Of a stretch of 64,000 bases of DNA, positions 25,946 to 36,797 are shown one piece after another. Position 1 is the stretch's first letter, and every line of letters starts with the position of its first letter. Origin of the DNA: Acidobacteriota bacterium. GTDB lineage: Bacteria > Acidobacteriota > Vicinamibacteria > Vicinamibacterales > 2-12-FULL-66-21. The stretch covers positions 14,199 through 78,198 of the forward strand of contig JBKPLP010000155.1 in NCBI GenBank assembly GCA_046731735.1, in the 5' to 3' direction. Below the pieces are notes generated by a model. It searched no databases. It worked only from the letters and a program-made list of their open reading frames with translations, and was not told the DNA's origin. Position numbers and translations under genes: made by a program.

Positions 25946-27254
25946 GATCGAGGTGCCTCCGCACCTGGTCATAATCGTTGGGCAGCTCGATGGGGCGGTT
26001 CGCCCGCCGCGACACGATCCCCTCCAGGGTGCCCGCGTGGTAGCCCGCCTTGAAATCCGTGAATTTCAGGCCGCTCGCGGTCGAAATCACCACCACCCGG
26101 TCGCTTGCCTTGATCTCGCCTCGTCCTGCGAGCTTGATCAGTGCGGCCAGCGCAACGCCGGTGTGCGGACACGCGAACATGCCGGTCTTGTCGGCATGAG
26201 CGACCGCGTCCGCAAGCTCCTGCTCGTTGGCCTGTTCGACTGTCCCGCCGGAGCGCTTCAGGGCGGCAATCGCCTTCTGCACGGAAACCGGGTTCCCGAT
26301 TTGAATCGCCGACGCGAGCGTCGGACGCGCGGTGACCGGCTTGAATTGCCAGCGATTCAGCGACGCCAGGTAAAGCGGGTTGGCCGCTTCGGCCTGCGCC
26401 GCGATCAGTCGCGGCACGCGCGCAACCAGGCCAAGGTCCCGCATCATCTCAAAGCCGGCGGCGAACGCGCTGATGTTTCCCAGGTTGCCCGCCGGGACGA
26501 TGACGACGTCCGGCACCTGCCAGTCGAACTGCTGGGCAATCTCGATGGCGACCGTCTTCTGCCCTTCGAGCCGCAGACTGTTCATCGAGTTCGCCAGGTA
26601 CAGCCCTTCGTCGTCGGCCAGCCGCTGGATGATCGCCATGCACCCGTCAAAATCCGTGTCGAGTGCGAAGACGACCGCTCCGTTGGCCAGGGGCTGGACC
26701 AGTTGCGCGACGGTCACTTTCCCCCGCGGCAGCACGACAATGGCGGGAATCTCCGCGGCGGCGGCGTACGCGGCAAGCGATGCCGACGTATCGCCCGTGG
26801 ACGCGCAGCCGACTGCGCGGATCTGCTTCCCCTGGGCCATCATCTGGCGGACCATGGACACGAGCACCGTCATCCCGAGGTCCTTGAACGATCCCGTGTG
26901 CGAGTTGCCACACAACTTGACCCAGACGTCCTTCAAGCCGATCGATCGGCCGAACGCGTCGGCGAGAAACAGATTCGTGCCCCCCTCATCCATCGAGACT
27001 ACGTTCTCATCTTCGATTTCCGGGCAGACCCACTCCTTCTTGCCCCAGACGCTCGATCCGTACGGCCATGCGGTGCGCTTGTACCGTTCATCGAAGAGAC
27101 GCATCCACGCCGCCGCGCTCCGGTCGCGGAGCGCGTCCAGGTCGTGAACGACCTCGAGCAGACCGCCGCAGGTCGGACAGCGGTAGATGACCGTGTCCAG
27201 CGAATACGACCCGGGACAGCCGGCGACGCAGCGGAACTCGGCGCGATAGCTCAC
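25929..27254 (-). CDS. thrC: threonine synthase
   Basis: 441 aa. N-terminal Zn-ribbon-like CxxC...CxxC and a PLP lysine context (HTGSFKDLG). Confidence 0.9.
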   Translation of the reverse strand: MSYRAEFRCVAGCPGSYSLDTVIYRCPTCGGLLEVVHDLDALRDRSAAAWMRLFDERYKRTAWPYGSSVWGKKEWVCPEIEDENVVSMDEGGTNLFLADAFGRSIGLKDVWVKLCGNSHTGSFKDLGMTVLVSMVRQMMAQGKQIRAVGCASTGDTSASLAAYAAAAEIPAIVVLPRGKVTVAQLVQPLANGAVVFALDTDFDGCMAIIQRLADDEGLYLANSMNSLRLEGQKTVAIEIAQQFDWQVPDVVIVPAGNLGNISAFAAGFEMMRDLGLVARVPRLIAAQAEAANPLYLASLNRWQFKPVTARPTLASAIQIGNPVSVQKAIAALKRSGGTVEQANEQELADAVAHADKTGMFACPHTGVALAALIKLAGRGEIKASDRVVVISTASGLKFTDFKAGYHAGTLEGIVSRRANRPIELPNDYDQVRRHLDLAIPA

Positions 27255-28579
27255 GCCGCGCTCCCCGGGGTGGCCGATGACAGCACGGGAAGCACGACTG
27301 GCGGCTCACCGTGAAAATCGCACTGGGACATTTCCTGGATCGCCCGATCGATCGCGGACGCCGGGGCCGGATCGAGGCTGACCACGAAGGGCCGGCGGCC
27401 GGCGGGAAACCCGGGCTCCTGAAGAATTGCGTCGATGTTGATGTCGTGGCGCGCGAAGACGGTCGCGAGCGCTGCGATGATTCCCGGTCGGTCCGCGACG
27501 GTGAAGCGCACGTAGAACGCGCTGGTGAAATCCGGCGACACGTCTGCCCGGTTCGCAGCCGCACGGGAGCTGAAGGGCACGGCTTCGCGCGCGATCGCGA
27601 GCAGGTCCGACATGACAGCCACGGCCGTCGGCTCTCCGCCCGCGCCAAGGCCCCCAAACGTCGTTTCGCCACCATACTGGCCGCGCAGGGTCACCAGGTT
27701 CTCGCTGCCGCGCACGCGCGCGAGCGGCGAATCGAGCGGCACGAGCGCCGGCCCGACCGCCGCGGTCAACACACGGGGATCCGCTGTCCGTTCGGCCCAC
27801 GCGACCTGCCGGATGGTGCAACCCATCTGCTGCGCGTAGACGAAGTCGACCGCGTCGATGACGTCGATGCGCCGCGACTGGATTGCACCCGCGGGCACGT
27901 GCGTCCGCAGCGCGATGTGAGCCAGAATCGCGAGCTTCGCCTGGGCGTCGAACCCTTCGATGTCCTGAGACGGATCGGCTTCGGCAAGCCCCAGCGCCTG
28001 GGCCTCCGCGAGCGCTTCCCAGAATGGCACGCGCTGCCGCTCCATGCGGCTCAGGATGTAGTTGCACGTGCCGTTGAGAATCCCGGCGACGCGGGTCAGC
28101 TTGTCCCCGGCGAGCCCGTGCTCAATCGCGCGGATCACCGGGACGCCGCCAGCGACCGCAGCCTCGAAGCGCACGTGCCGTTTCGATCGTGCCGCCTCTT
28201 CCAGTAACTCAGGACCGGCGTGAGCTATCACCTGTTTGTTGGCGGTGACGACCGACTTCCCTGCTCTCAGCGCCCGTCGGATCCACTCCTCGGCCGGCAT
28301 CCGTCCACCGATCAGCTCGACGAGGACGTCCACGTCGTCGTTCAGCACGTCGTCGATCCTGTCGGTCCAGCGGATGGAGTCGTCGAGCCAGTCGACGCGC
28401 TTGCGTTCGATACCGCGATTCAGAATCGCCACGAGCTGAAGTTCGGGCGGCGCGAGATCCTGCAGCAGCCGGGCCACGGATCGACCGACGGTACCGAACC
28501 CGGCGATCGCCACGCGGGTCCTCTGCGTAACCGGCTTCGTCGCGGCGGACGGGACTGTGGCTGCGGCGGGCGCGCTCAT
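27251..28579 (-). CDS. hom: homoserine dehydrogenase (with C-terminal ACT domain)
   Basis: GFGTVG NAD-binding motif, catalytic domain and ACT-like tail. 4-bp overlaps with both neighbours. Confidence 0.9.
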   Translation of the reverse strand: MSAPAAATVPSAATKPVTQRTRVAIAGFGTVGRSVARLLQDLAPPELQLVAILNRGIERKRVDWLDDSIRWTDRIDDVLNDDVDVLVELIGGRMPAEEWIRRALRAGKSVVTANKQVIAHAGPELLEEAARSKRHVRFEAAVAGGVPVIRAIEHGLAGDKLTRVAGILNGTCNYILSRMERQRVPFWEALAEAQALGLAEADPSQDIEGFDAQAKLAILAHIALRTHVPAGAIQSRRIDVIDAVDFVYAQQMGCTIRQVAWAERTADPRVLTAAVGPALVPLDSPLARVRGSENLVTLRGQYGGETTFGGLGAGGEPTAVAVMSDLLAIAREAVPFSSRAAANRADVSPDFTSAFYVRFTVADRPGIIAALATVFARHDINIDAILQEPGFPAGRRPFVVSLDPAPASAIDRAIQEMSQCDFHGEPPVVLPVLSSATPGSAA

Positions 28580-29964
28580 GCCTGCACCATAGGCGTCTGC
28601 GCGGCGTCGCGGCGGCGCGCACCTCCGAAGAACCAGTCGTGCAGCCGCGACACGGCAGGTATCGCCTGAGTCGCGTCGACGACGAACGACAGCGTCCGCT
28701 TACCGTCCGGTTGGGCAACGAGATGAACCTGCAAATCGCGCAGGGCGCCGGCCACATCCGCTGCCAGATGCCGATTCGCACTCAACCCTTCGCCCACCAC
28801 CGTCACCGTCGCAAGATCGTCGGTCACCCGGACGTCGGCAAATTTTCCAAGCGATCGGCGTAGTAGATCAAGCGTCGGCGCTGCCTGAACCGTGAACACG
28901 AGCCGGTTTCCGCACAGATCAGCGAGGACGGCCTCGACGTCCGCGAGTTCGAGCTCACCAAACACCCGCGATACGAACTCGTCGACGTCGGCGCGTTCGT
29001 GGGCGAGGACTTCGAACAGGATCGCGCCGTCGCGGCAGGCGAGACCGGCCACCGGCCGCGCGTCCTCCGCGGTTCGCGCGGCGCTGACGACGGTTCCGGA
29101 CACGTGCGGCCGTTGCGAGTTGCGGACGACAACGGGAATCGCGCAATCGACGGCTGGCGCGATCGTACCGGGGTGCAGCACCTTCGCGCCAAACGACGCG
29201 AGGTCGTGTGCTTCACCGTACGAAAGATGCGGTACGAGACGCGCATGGGGTACCAGGCGCGGGTCGGCGGTCATGATGCCGTCGACGTCGGTCCAGATCT
29301 GAATCTCGTCCGCGCCGAGGCAGGCACCGAACACCGCGGCGGAGCAGTCCGACCCGCCGCGCCCGAGCGTCGTCGTCACGCCCTTCGCATCGGATCCGAT
29401 GAAGCCGCCGAGGACCACGATATCGCCGCGATCGAGCTCGGGGCGCACGAGACGGACACAGGCTTCGCGTGTCGCGATGAGATCGGGAGCGGCGCCGCCG
29501 TGGTGGCTGTTCGTGCGCAGGACGTCCCGGGCATCGAGCCACGTGGCCGGCACGCCGCCATCGCGCAGCACTGCCGCCAGCAGCCGGCTGCTCCAGAGCT
29601 CTCCCGCTGCCGCCACCTCATCGACCGAGCGCGCGGACAGGCGCCCCGGCGCCGCTTCGAGGGTCGCGGCGACCTGCGCGGCAATCGCATAGAACTCGTG
29701 CTGGAGTGCCACCCGTGCCGTGCGTTCGCGAATCATCTCGGCCGCCGCGAGGTGCCGGCGCAACAGCAGGTCGAGGTTGCGCGGCGGCGGATTCCCCGGA
29801 ATCGTCGCGCCCGCAGCCGCCACGTTCAGCAGCGCGTCGGTCACACCGGCGAGCGCCGACACCACCACTAGGCGCGACCGTCGTTCGGCCGCGATGATCC
29901 CGGCCACCCGCCGAATCGATTCCACCTCGCCGACTGAGGTGCCGCCGAATTTCAGGACTACCAC
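28576..29964 (-). CDS. ask: aspartate kinase
   Basis: GTG start giving MVVLKFGGTSV, with RBS GAGGAG upstream. Amino-acid kinase domain plus ACT domains. Confidence 0.9.
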   Translation of the reverse strand: MVVLKFGGTSVGEVESIRRVAGIIAAERRSRLVVVSALAGVTDALLNVAAAGATIPGNPPPRNLDLLLRRHLAAAEMIRERTARVALQHEFYAIAAQVAATLEAAPGRLSARSVDEVAAAGELWSSRLLAAVLRDGGVPATWLDARDVLRTNSHHGGAAPDLIATREACVRLVRPELDRGDIVVLGGFIGSDAKGVTTTLGRGGSDCSAAVFGACLGADEIQIWTDVDGIMTADPRLVPHARLVPHLSYGEAHDLASFGAKVLHPGTIAPAVDCAIPVVVRNSQRPHVSGTVVSAARTAEDARPVAGLACRDGAILFEVLAHERADVDEFVSRVFGELELADVEAVLADLCGNRLVFTVQAAPTLDLLRRSLGKFADVRVTDDLATVTVVGEGLSANRHLAADVAGALRDLQVHLVAQPDGKRTLSFVVDATQAIPAVSRLHDWFFGGARRRDAAQTPMVQA

Positions 29965-30025
29965 ACGATCTCTCCTCGTCTTACGCCTGACGCCGCGGCG
30001 ACCCTAAAAGGGTCGCCCTACACTC

Positions 30026-30058
30026 AAAAAAAAACCCGCCGGCTGAGAGCCGGCGGGT
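30026..30058 (-). terminator. intrinsic terminator inside the ask 5' leader (attenuator)
   Basis: Minus strand reads ACCCGCCGGC-tctca-GCCGGCGGGT followed by T9, 61 nt upstream of the ask GTG. Confidence 0.75.
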
Positions 30059-30092
30059 TGGGGTGCGCAATGCCTTTAATTGGGCTGTTTCG

Positions 30093-30194
30093 TCAGGAAG
30101 CGCGTGCGCAAAGACCGCCGGCGTGGCGAATTCGAATGGTTCGAATTCGCATACACGTGCAACACATCGCCGTAGCCTTGGACTGGAACCGCAT
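30093..30194 (-). CDS. candidate leader ORF (33 aa, or 24 aa from an internal ATG)
   Basis: MRFQSKATAMCCTCMRIRTIRIRHAGGLCARAS. It contains the segment GCCGGCGGT, which mimics the terminator 3' arm. Weak translation signals. Confidence 0.3.
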   Translation of the reverse strand: MRFQSKATAMCCTCMRIRTIRIRHAGGLCARAS

Positions 30195-30209
30195 CGCTTC
30201 TGGCTGTCG

Positions 30210-30239
30210 AGTATAGGCGGCACCCCTGGACAGCGTCAA
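30210..30239 (-). promoter_or_regulatory. candidate sigma-70 promoter of the ask-hom-thrC leader (TTGACG-N18-TATACT)
   Basis: Minus strand reads cTTGACGctgtccaggggtgccgccTATACTcgacagcc. Confidence 0.45.
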
Positions 30240-30327
30240 GCCCAGGCCGTCATCCCATTAACTGATCTTATGAAGTTGAAAACATTATAAATTTGACTTC
30301 ACGACGCCCGGCCGTCACCATAACCAT

Positions 30328-30417
30328 ATGCGTGGACCGGTCATTCCGGGGATCGTCGTTGTCGGGGTCATCGGCCGTCTTACCGGCCGAATCCTGGCCC
30401 GATGTCCACACGAGTGA
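30328..30417 (+). CDS. candidate branched-chain amino acid leader peptide (29 aa)
   Basis: MRGPVIPGIVVVGVIGRLTGRILARCPHE: 5 Val, 4 Ile and 2 Leu, with the core IVVVGVI. The stop codon is embedded in the antiterminator segment. Confidence 0.6.
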   Translation: MRGPVIPGIVVVGVIGRLTGRILARCPHE

Positions 30418-30442
30418 CGGCGCAAGAAATCAACAGGCAGAC

Positions 30443-30480
30443 AGGCCGTCACTCGAAACCGGGCGACGGCCTTTTTGTTT
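30443..30480 (+). terminator. intrinsic terminator / attenuator upstream of pheA-ilv genes
   Basis: AGGCCGTC-(14-nt loop)-GACGGCCT followed by TTTTTGTTT. Confidence 0.65.
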
Positions 30481-30489
30481 CTGGAGCTA

Positions 30490-30595
30490 TAGGGCGGCAC
30501 GTCCGCCGCCCTAAGGCGGGGCATAAAGCCCCGCCTTATGAGAGCCGGTGTTGTAGGCCGGGGCGTTAGTTGTAGGCCGGGGCTTTAGCCCCGGC
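30490..30595. repeat. cluster of GC-rich REP-like hairpins
   Basis: Three hairpins: TAGGGCGGC-acgtcc-GCCGCCCTA, AAGGCGGGGC-ataaa-GCCCCGCCTT, and a direct repeat GTTGTAGGCCGGGGC x2 with GCCGGGGC-ttta-GCCCCGGC. The related copy is at 57688-57752. Confidence 0.8.
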
Positions 30596-30609
30596 GCCGA
30601 GGAGAGCCA

Positions 30610-31476
30610 GTGCGAGTCGCGTATCAAGGTGAACCGGGCGCGTTCAGCGAAGCGGCCGTTCTGCGGTTGCTGCCGGAGGCTGAGCCGCGTCCCTGCCCCA
30701 CGTTCGATGACGTGTTCGACGCGGTCAGCACCGGGACGGTGAACCTCGGCGTCGTCCCGATCGAGAATTCCATCGGCGGATCCATCCACCGCAATTACGA
30801 CCTCCTGGTCGAGCGGGAGCTGTCCATCGTCGGCGAGGTGCAGGTGCCCGTGGTGCACAACCTCCTCGCGCTGCCGGGAGTCGAGCTCGACGATGTGCGT
30901 CGGGTGTTGTCGCACCCGCAGGCGCTCGCCCAGTGCGCCCGCTTCCTCCGCGGCCTCGAACACGTCGAGGCGATTGCCACGTACGACACGGCAGGCAGCG
31001 CGAAGATGGTGCGCGACGAACAGCGCCGCGACACCGCGGCGATCGCTTCCGAGCGCGCCGGTCAGCTGTTTGGCCTCGACGCCGTCAAGACCGGCATCCA
31101 GGACTTCGACGACAACATCACACGGTTCCTGGCCATCTCGCGTCAGCGCGTTCCGCTCGGGGCGCCCAACAAGACCAGTCTCGTGTTCACGCTGAAGAGT
31201 GCGCCGGGAGCGCTCTTCAAGGCGCTGAGCGTGTTCGCGCTGCGCGACATCGATCTGTCGAAGCTCGAATCGCGCCCGGTGCCCGGACGCCCGTGGGAAT
31301 ACCTGTTCTACCTCGACGTCGCGGCGGCACGAGAGGACCTGCAGTGTGCGCGCGCCATGGTGCACCTCGCTGAATTCGCACCGTCGCTCCGGACGCTCGG
31401 ATCGTACCCGCGATGGCGCGAGCCCGACGAAGCGACGGAAACCCCGCGATCGAACCACGGAGGCGCCCGTGGGTGA
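30610..31476 (+). CDS. pheA: prephenate dehydratase (PDT + ACT)
   Basis: GTG start after [34 protein letters not shown] and ESRP motifs. Confidence 0.9.
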   Translation: MRVAYQGEPGAFSEAAVLRLLPEAEPRPCPTFDDVFDAVSTGTVNLGVVPIENSIGGSIHRNYDLLVERELSIVGEVQVPVVHNLLALPGVELDDVRRVLSHPQALAQCARFLRGLEHVEAIATYDTAGSAKMVRDEQRRDTAAIASERAGQLFGLDAVKTGIQDFDDNITRFLAISRQRVPLGAPNKTSLVFTLKSAPGALFKALSVFALRDIDLSKLESRPVPGRPWEYLFYLDVAAAREDLQCARAMVHLAEFAPSLRTLGSYPRWREPDEATETPRSNHGGARG

Positions 31477-33160
31477 TCAGACGCCGCGCCCGTTGAAATG
31501 GCAGAGCGGTGGCATCACCGAAGGCGCGAGCCGGGCGCCGGCGCGCGCGATGCTTCACGCTGCGGGGTTCACGCGCGATGACCTCGCGAAGCCGCTCGTC
31601 GGCGTGGCGAACACCTGGATCGAAATCGGCCCGTGCAACTATCACCTGCGGGATCTCGCCGTGCGTGTCAAGGAAGGGATTCGCGAGGCCGGCGGCACGC
31701 CGATGGAGTTCAACACGGTCTCGATCTCCGACGGCATCACGATGGGATCCGCGGGCATGCGCACGTCGCTCGTCAGCCGCGAAGTGATCGCGGACAGCAT
31801 CGAGCTCGTCGCGCGCGGCAACCTGTTCGACGCGCTCGTCGTGCTGGTCGGCTGTGACAAGACCATCCCCGGCGCGGCAATGGCGCTCGCGCGGCTCGAC
31901 ATTCCCGGCGTTCTCCTCTACGGCGGGTCGATCGCTCCGGGCCGTTTTGCCAACCGTGACGTCACCATCCAGGACGTCTTCGAAGCGGTCGGCGCGCATG
32001 CGGCGGGCCGGCTGACCGACGCGCAGCTGTGTGACATCGAAGACAACGCGTGTCCGGGCGCCGGAGCCTGCGGCGGCCAGTTCACCGCGAACACCATGGC
32101 CACGGCGTGCGAGTTCCTCGGCCTCGCGGCAATGGGCAGCGGCGACGTTCCCGCGACCGACGCGGCAAAAAACGACGTGGCGCACAAGACGGGCGCGCTG
32201 GTCATGGACGTGCTGAAACGCGGCGCTCGCCCGTCCACAATCGTCACGCGTGAGGCGCTGGAAAACGCCATCGCGGCGGTCGCCGGCACCGGCGGCTCGA
32301 CCAACGCCGTTCTGCACCTCATCGCGATCGCACGCGAAGCGGGCGTCACGCTGCGGCTCGAGGACTTCGACCGGATCAGCGCGCGCACGCCGCTGTTCGC
32401 GGATCTCAAGCCGGGCGGGCGCTTCGTGGCCGTCGATCTCCACAAAGCGGGAGGCACGCGGATCGTTGCGAGCCGGCTGAAAGCGGCTGGCGCGCTGCAC
32501 GCGAACGCCATCACCGTCAGCGGCCGGACGATCGGCGAAGAGGCGGACGCCGCCGTGGAAACACCCGGCCAGCAGGTCGTTCGGCCCGTGCATCAGCCGC
32601 TGAAGTCATCCGGCGGGCTCGTGATCCTCAGAGGCAACCTCGCGCCCGAGGGGTGCGTGGTGAAGGTCGCGGGACACGACTTCGCGACTCATCGCGGTCC
32701 GGCGCGTGTGTTCGACAGCGAGGAAGACGCGTTCGAAGCCGTTCAGGCCGGGCGCATCAAGGCGGGCGACGTGGTCGTCATCCGCCACGAAGGGCCGAAA
32801 GGAGGCCCAGGGATGCGCGAGATGCTCGGGGTCACCGCAGCGATCGTCGGAGCCGGACTCGGTGAAACAGTCGCCCTCGTCACCGACGGACGTTTTTCGG
32901 GGGCGACCCATGGCCTCATGGCCGGACACGTCGCGCCCGAAGCCGCCGCAGGTGGCCCGATCGCCGCCGTGCGCGACGGCGACACGATCGTGTTCGACAT
33001 TCCCCGGCGCACGTTGAAAGTAGACATCAGCGACGCTGAGATCGGGGCGCGGCTGAAGACCTGCAAACCGCTGCCGCCGCGGTTCACGACCGGTGTCATG
33101 GCGAAATACGCGCGGCTGGTATCGTCCGCGGCTGAAGGCGCGGTGACGTCGGCGGTGTAA
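31469..33160 (+). CDS. ilvD: dihydroxy-acid dehydratase
   Basis: Trimmed to GTG 31469 (GGAGG lies 6 nt upstream), overlapping the pheA stop. Motifs [20 protein letters not shown] and GRFSG. Confidence 0.9.
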   Translation: MGDQTPRPLKWQSGGITEGASRAPARAMLHAAGFTRDDLAKPLVGVANTWIEIGPCNYHLRDLAVRVKEGIREAGGTPMEFNTVSISDGITMGSAGMRTSLVSREVIADSIELVARGNLFDALVVLVGCDKTIPGAAMALARLDIPGVLLYGGSIAPGRFANRDVTIQDVFEAVGAHAAGRLTDAQLCDIEDNACPGAGACGGQFTANTMATACEFLGLAAMGSGDVPATDAAKNDVAHKTGALVMDVLKRGARPSTIVTREALENAIAAVAGTGGSTNAVLHLIAIAREAGVTLRLEDFDRISARTPLFADLKPGGRFVAVDLHKAGGTRIVASRLKAAGALHANAITVSGRTIGEEADAAVETPGQQVVRPVHQPLKSSGGLVILRGNLAPEGCVVKVAGHDFATHRGPARVFDSEEDAFEAVQAGRIKAGDVVVIRHEGPKGGPGMREMLGVTAAIVGAGLGETVALVTDGRFSGATHGLMAGHVAPEAAAGGPIAAVRDGDTIVFDIPRRTLKVDISDAEIGARLKTCKPLPPRFTTGVMAKYARLVSSAAEGAVTSAV

Positions 33161-33163
33161 GAC

Positions 33164-33203
33164 GGCTTCAGGGCTTCAAGGCTTCAGGGCTGAGGGCTCA
33201 AGG
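33164..33203. repeat. 7-8-nt tandem repeat GGCTTCAG/GGCTTCAA/GGCTGAG/GGCTCAA x5
   Basis: Fills the 50-bp ilvD-ilvB spacer and ends in the ilvB RBS (AAGGAAAAGATATG). Confidence 0.9.
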
Positions 33204-33210
33204 AAAAGAT

Positions 33211-34923
<1,713 letters not shown>

Positions 34924-34934
34924 GGAGACACATC

Positions 34935-35487
34935 ATGAAGGTGCATACGTTTACCGTCTACGTCGAAGATCGACCCGGCGTGCTGAACCGCGTGTCGTCG
35001 CTCTTCCGACGGCGCGGATTCAACATCGTCTCCCTCGCGGTCGGCCACAGCGAAACCCCCGGCGTGTCGCGCATGACGCTCGTCGTCGAAACCGACTCCG
35101 GCGGCGCGCAGCGGATTGCCGCGCATCTCTACAAGCTGATCCACGTCATCCGCGTCGAGGACATCACCAATCGGCCGGCGGTCATCCGCGATCTCGCGCT
35201 CATCAAGGTGAGCGCCGATCGCGAACACCGCCCGTCGCTCATGCAGCTCGCCGAGGTCTTCGGGGCGCGCGTCGTCGACGTCACGCCGGAGTCGATCGTC
35301 ATCGAGATGGCCGGGTCGGAAGCCAAGATCGACGGGCTGCTCGATGTGCTCCGGCCGTACGGTGTGCTCGAGATGGTGCGCACGGGCCGCGTCGCGATGG
35401 CGCGAGGCGTCGGCAGCTCGCCCGCGAACGGCCGCGGCCCCACGGCCGCGCTGCCGGAAGAGGAATCGGGCGTGTCGTATTCGGTTT

Positions 35488-35489
<2 letters not shown>
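34935..35489 (+). CDS. ilvN: acetolactate synthase small (regulatory) subunit
   Basis: ACT domain MKVHTFTVYVEDRPGVLNRVSSLFRRRGFNI. Confidence 0.9.
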
Positions 35490-35537
<48 letters not shown>

Positions 35538-35552
35538 AATAACAATAACCAT

Positions 35553-35650
35553 TGACGGACAGCGAAGCCACCAACGAACAGCGCAGCTCCTAACGGACAG
35601 CGCAGTCCCTAACGAACAGCGAAGACACCATTAACGGACAAGTCACAACG
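35553..35650. repeat. 19-22-nt tandem repeat AACGRACAGCGMAG... x~4.5
   Basis: ACGGACAGCGAAGCCACCA / ACGAACAGCGCAGCTCCTA / ACGGACAGCGCAGTCCCTA / ACGAACAGCGAAGACACCATTA / ACGGACAAGTCACA. Confidence 0.85.
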
Positions 35651-35667
35651 AATTGAGGAGTTTGACA

Positions 35668-36687
35668 GTGCCAAAAATCTATTACGACGCCGATGCGGAT
35701 CTCGCGCTCATTCGCGGGCGCAAGGTTGCAATCCTCGGCTACGGATCGCAGGGGCACGCGCACGCGCTGAATCTGCGCGACAGCGGCGTCGACGTGCGCG
35801 TCGGGCTGCAGGCGTCGAGCAAATCGCGCGGCAAGGCGCAGGCCGACGGCCTGACCGTTACCGATCCGGCGTCGGCATCGGAGTGGGCCGACGTCATCAT
35901 GGTGCTCGTGCCCGACACCATCCAGGCGACGCTCTACCGCGACGCCATCAAGCCGCATCTGAAAGCAGGCAACACGTTGATGTTCGCGCACGGGTTCAAC
36001 GTCCGCTTCGGCACGCTCGATATTCCCAAGGATGTCGACGTCTCGATGATTGCGCCGAAGTCGCCGGGGCACCGCGTCCGCGAACTCTACCAGGAGGGTG
36101 CGGGCACGCCTGCGCTGCTGGCCGTCCACCAGGATGCCAGCGGGCAGGCCAAGCAGGTCGCGCTCGCCTACGCGAAAGGGATCGGCGTGACGCGGGCGGG
36201 CGTCATTGAGACGACGTTCGCCGAAGAAACGGAAACGGACCTGTTCGGCGAACAGGCTGTCCTGTGCGGCGGCGTCAGCGCCCTCGTCAAGGCCGGATTC
36301 GAAACGCTCGTCGAAGCGGGGTACCAGCCCGAGATCGCGTACTTCGAATGCCTTCACGAGCTGAAGCTGATCGTCGATCTGATGTACCAGGGGGGCCTGA
36401 ATTACATGCGTTACTCGGTCAGCGACACCGCGGAGCACGGAGACTATACCGGCGGCCCGCGCCTGATCAACGAGGAGACGAGGAACGAGATGCGCCGCAT
36501 GCTCAAGGAGATCCAGGACGGCACCTATGCGGCGAAGTGGATCGAGGAGGATCGCAAGGGACGGCCGTGGTTCAACGCCCAGCGGGAGCGCGAGCAGGGC
36601 CAACAGCTCGAAGAGGTCGGCGCCCGGCTGCGCGCGCTGATGCCCTTCCTGAAGCCCGTGAAGCACCGGCAGCCCGCGGGGGTTTAG
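35668..36687 (+). CDS. ilvC: ketol-acid reductoisomerase
   Basis: GTG 35668 is preferred (GAGGAG lies 7 nt upstream; ORF track lists TTG 35653). [15 protein letters not shown] motif. Confidence 0.92.
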   Translation: MPKIYYDADADLALIRGRKVAILGYGSQGHAHALNLRDSGVDVRVGLQASSKSRGKAQADGLTVTDPASASEWADVIMVLVPDTIQATLYRDAIKPHLKAGNTLMFAHGFNVRFGTLDIPKDVDVSMIAPKSPGHRVRELYQEGAGTPALLAVHQDASGQAKQVALAYAKGIGVTRAGVIETTFAEETETDLFGEQAVLCGGVSALVKAGFETLVEAGYQPEIAYFECLHELKLIVDLMYQGGLNYMRYSVSDTAEHGDYTGGPRLINEETRNEMRRMLKEIQDGTYAAKWIEEDRKGRPWFNAQREREQGQQLEEVGARLRALMPFLKPVKHRQPAGV

Positions 36688-36690
36688 AAT

Positions 36691-36781
36691 TCATCCCTAA
36701 TCCCTAATCCCTGATCGTGAATCCCTCATCGGGAACCGACGAGGATCAGATGCATGATTGACGATTGGGGATTAGGGATTG
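36691..36781. repeat. inverted pair of heptamer arrays (ATCCCTA)n ... (TAGGGAT)n forming a long hairpin
   Basis: TCATCCCTAATCCCTAATCCC (36691-36711) is complementary to GGGGATTAGGGATTGA (36767-36782). The inner part also pairs: CTGATC...GATCAG. Confidence 0.85.
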
Positions 36782-36797
36782 AAGCGACTTTGAAGTA

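Noticed and set aside
30126-30150. The palindrome GCGAATTCGAACCATTCGAATTCGC as a cloning or vector artefact, since it contains two EcoRI sites.
   Set aside because: It is embedded in otherwise native-looking leader sequence, in frame within the uORF, and flanked by matching attenuator segments. There is no vector-like sequence around it.
30020-30210. A known riboswitch (lysine, SAM, T-box) in the ask leader.
   Set aside because: I could not recognise any conserved core motif of those classes by eye. Without a covariance-model search this is neither confirmed nor excluded, so I report it only as a structured leader.
30293-30514. The 73-aa plus-strand ORF (and 30315-30524 on the minus strand) spanning the ilv leader region.
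   Set aside because: Its composition is non-coding-like, and it runs through the terminator and the REP hairpins. The 29-aa Val/Ile leader in another frame, together with the RNA structures, accounts for the region.
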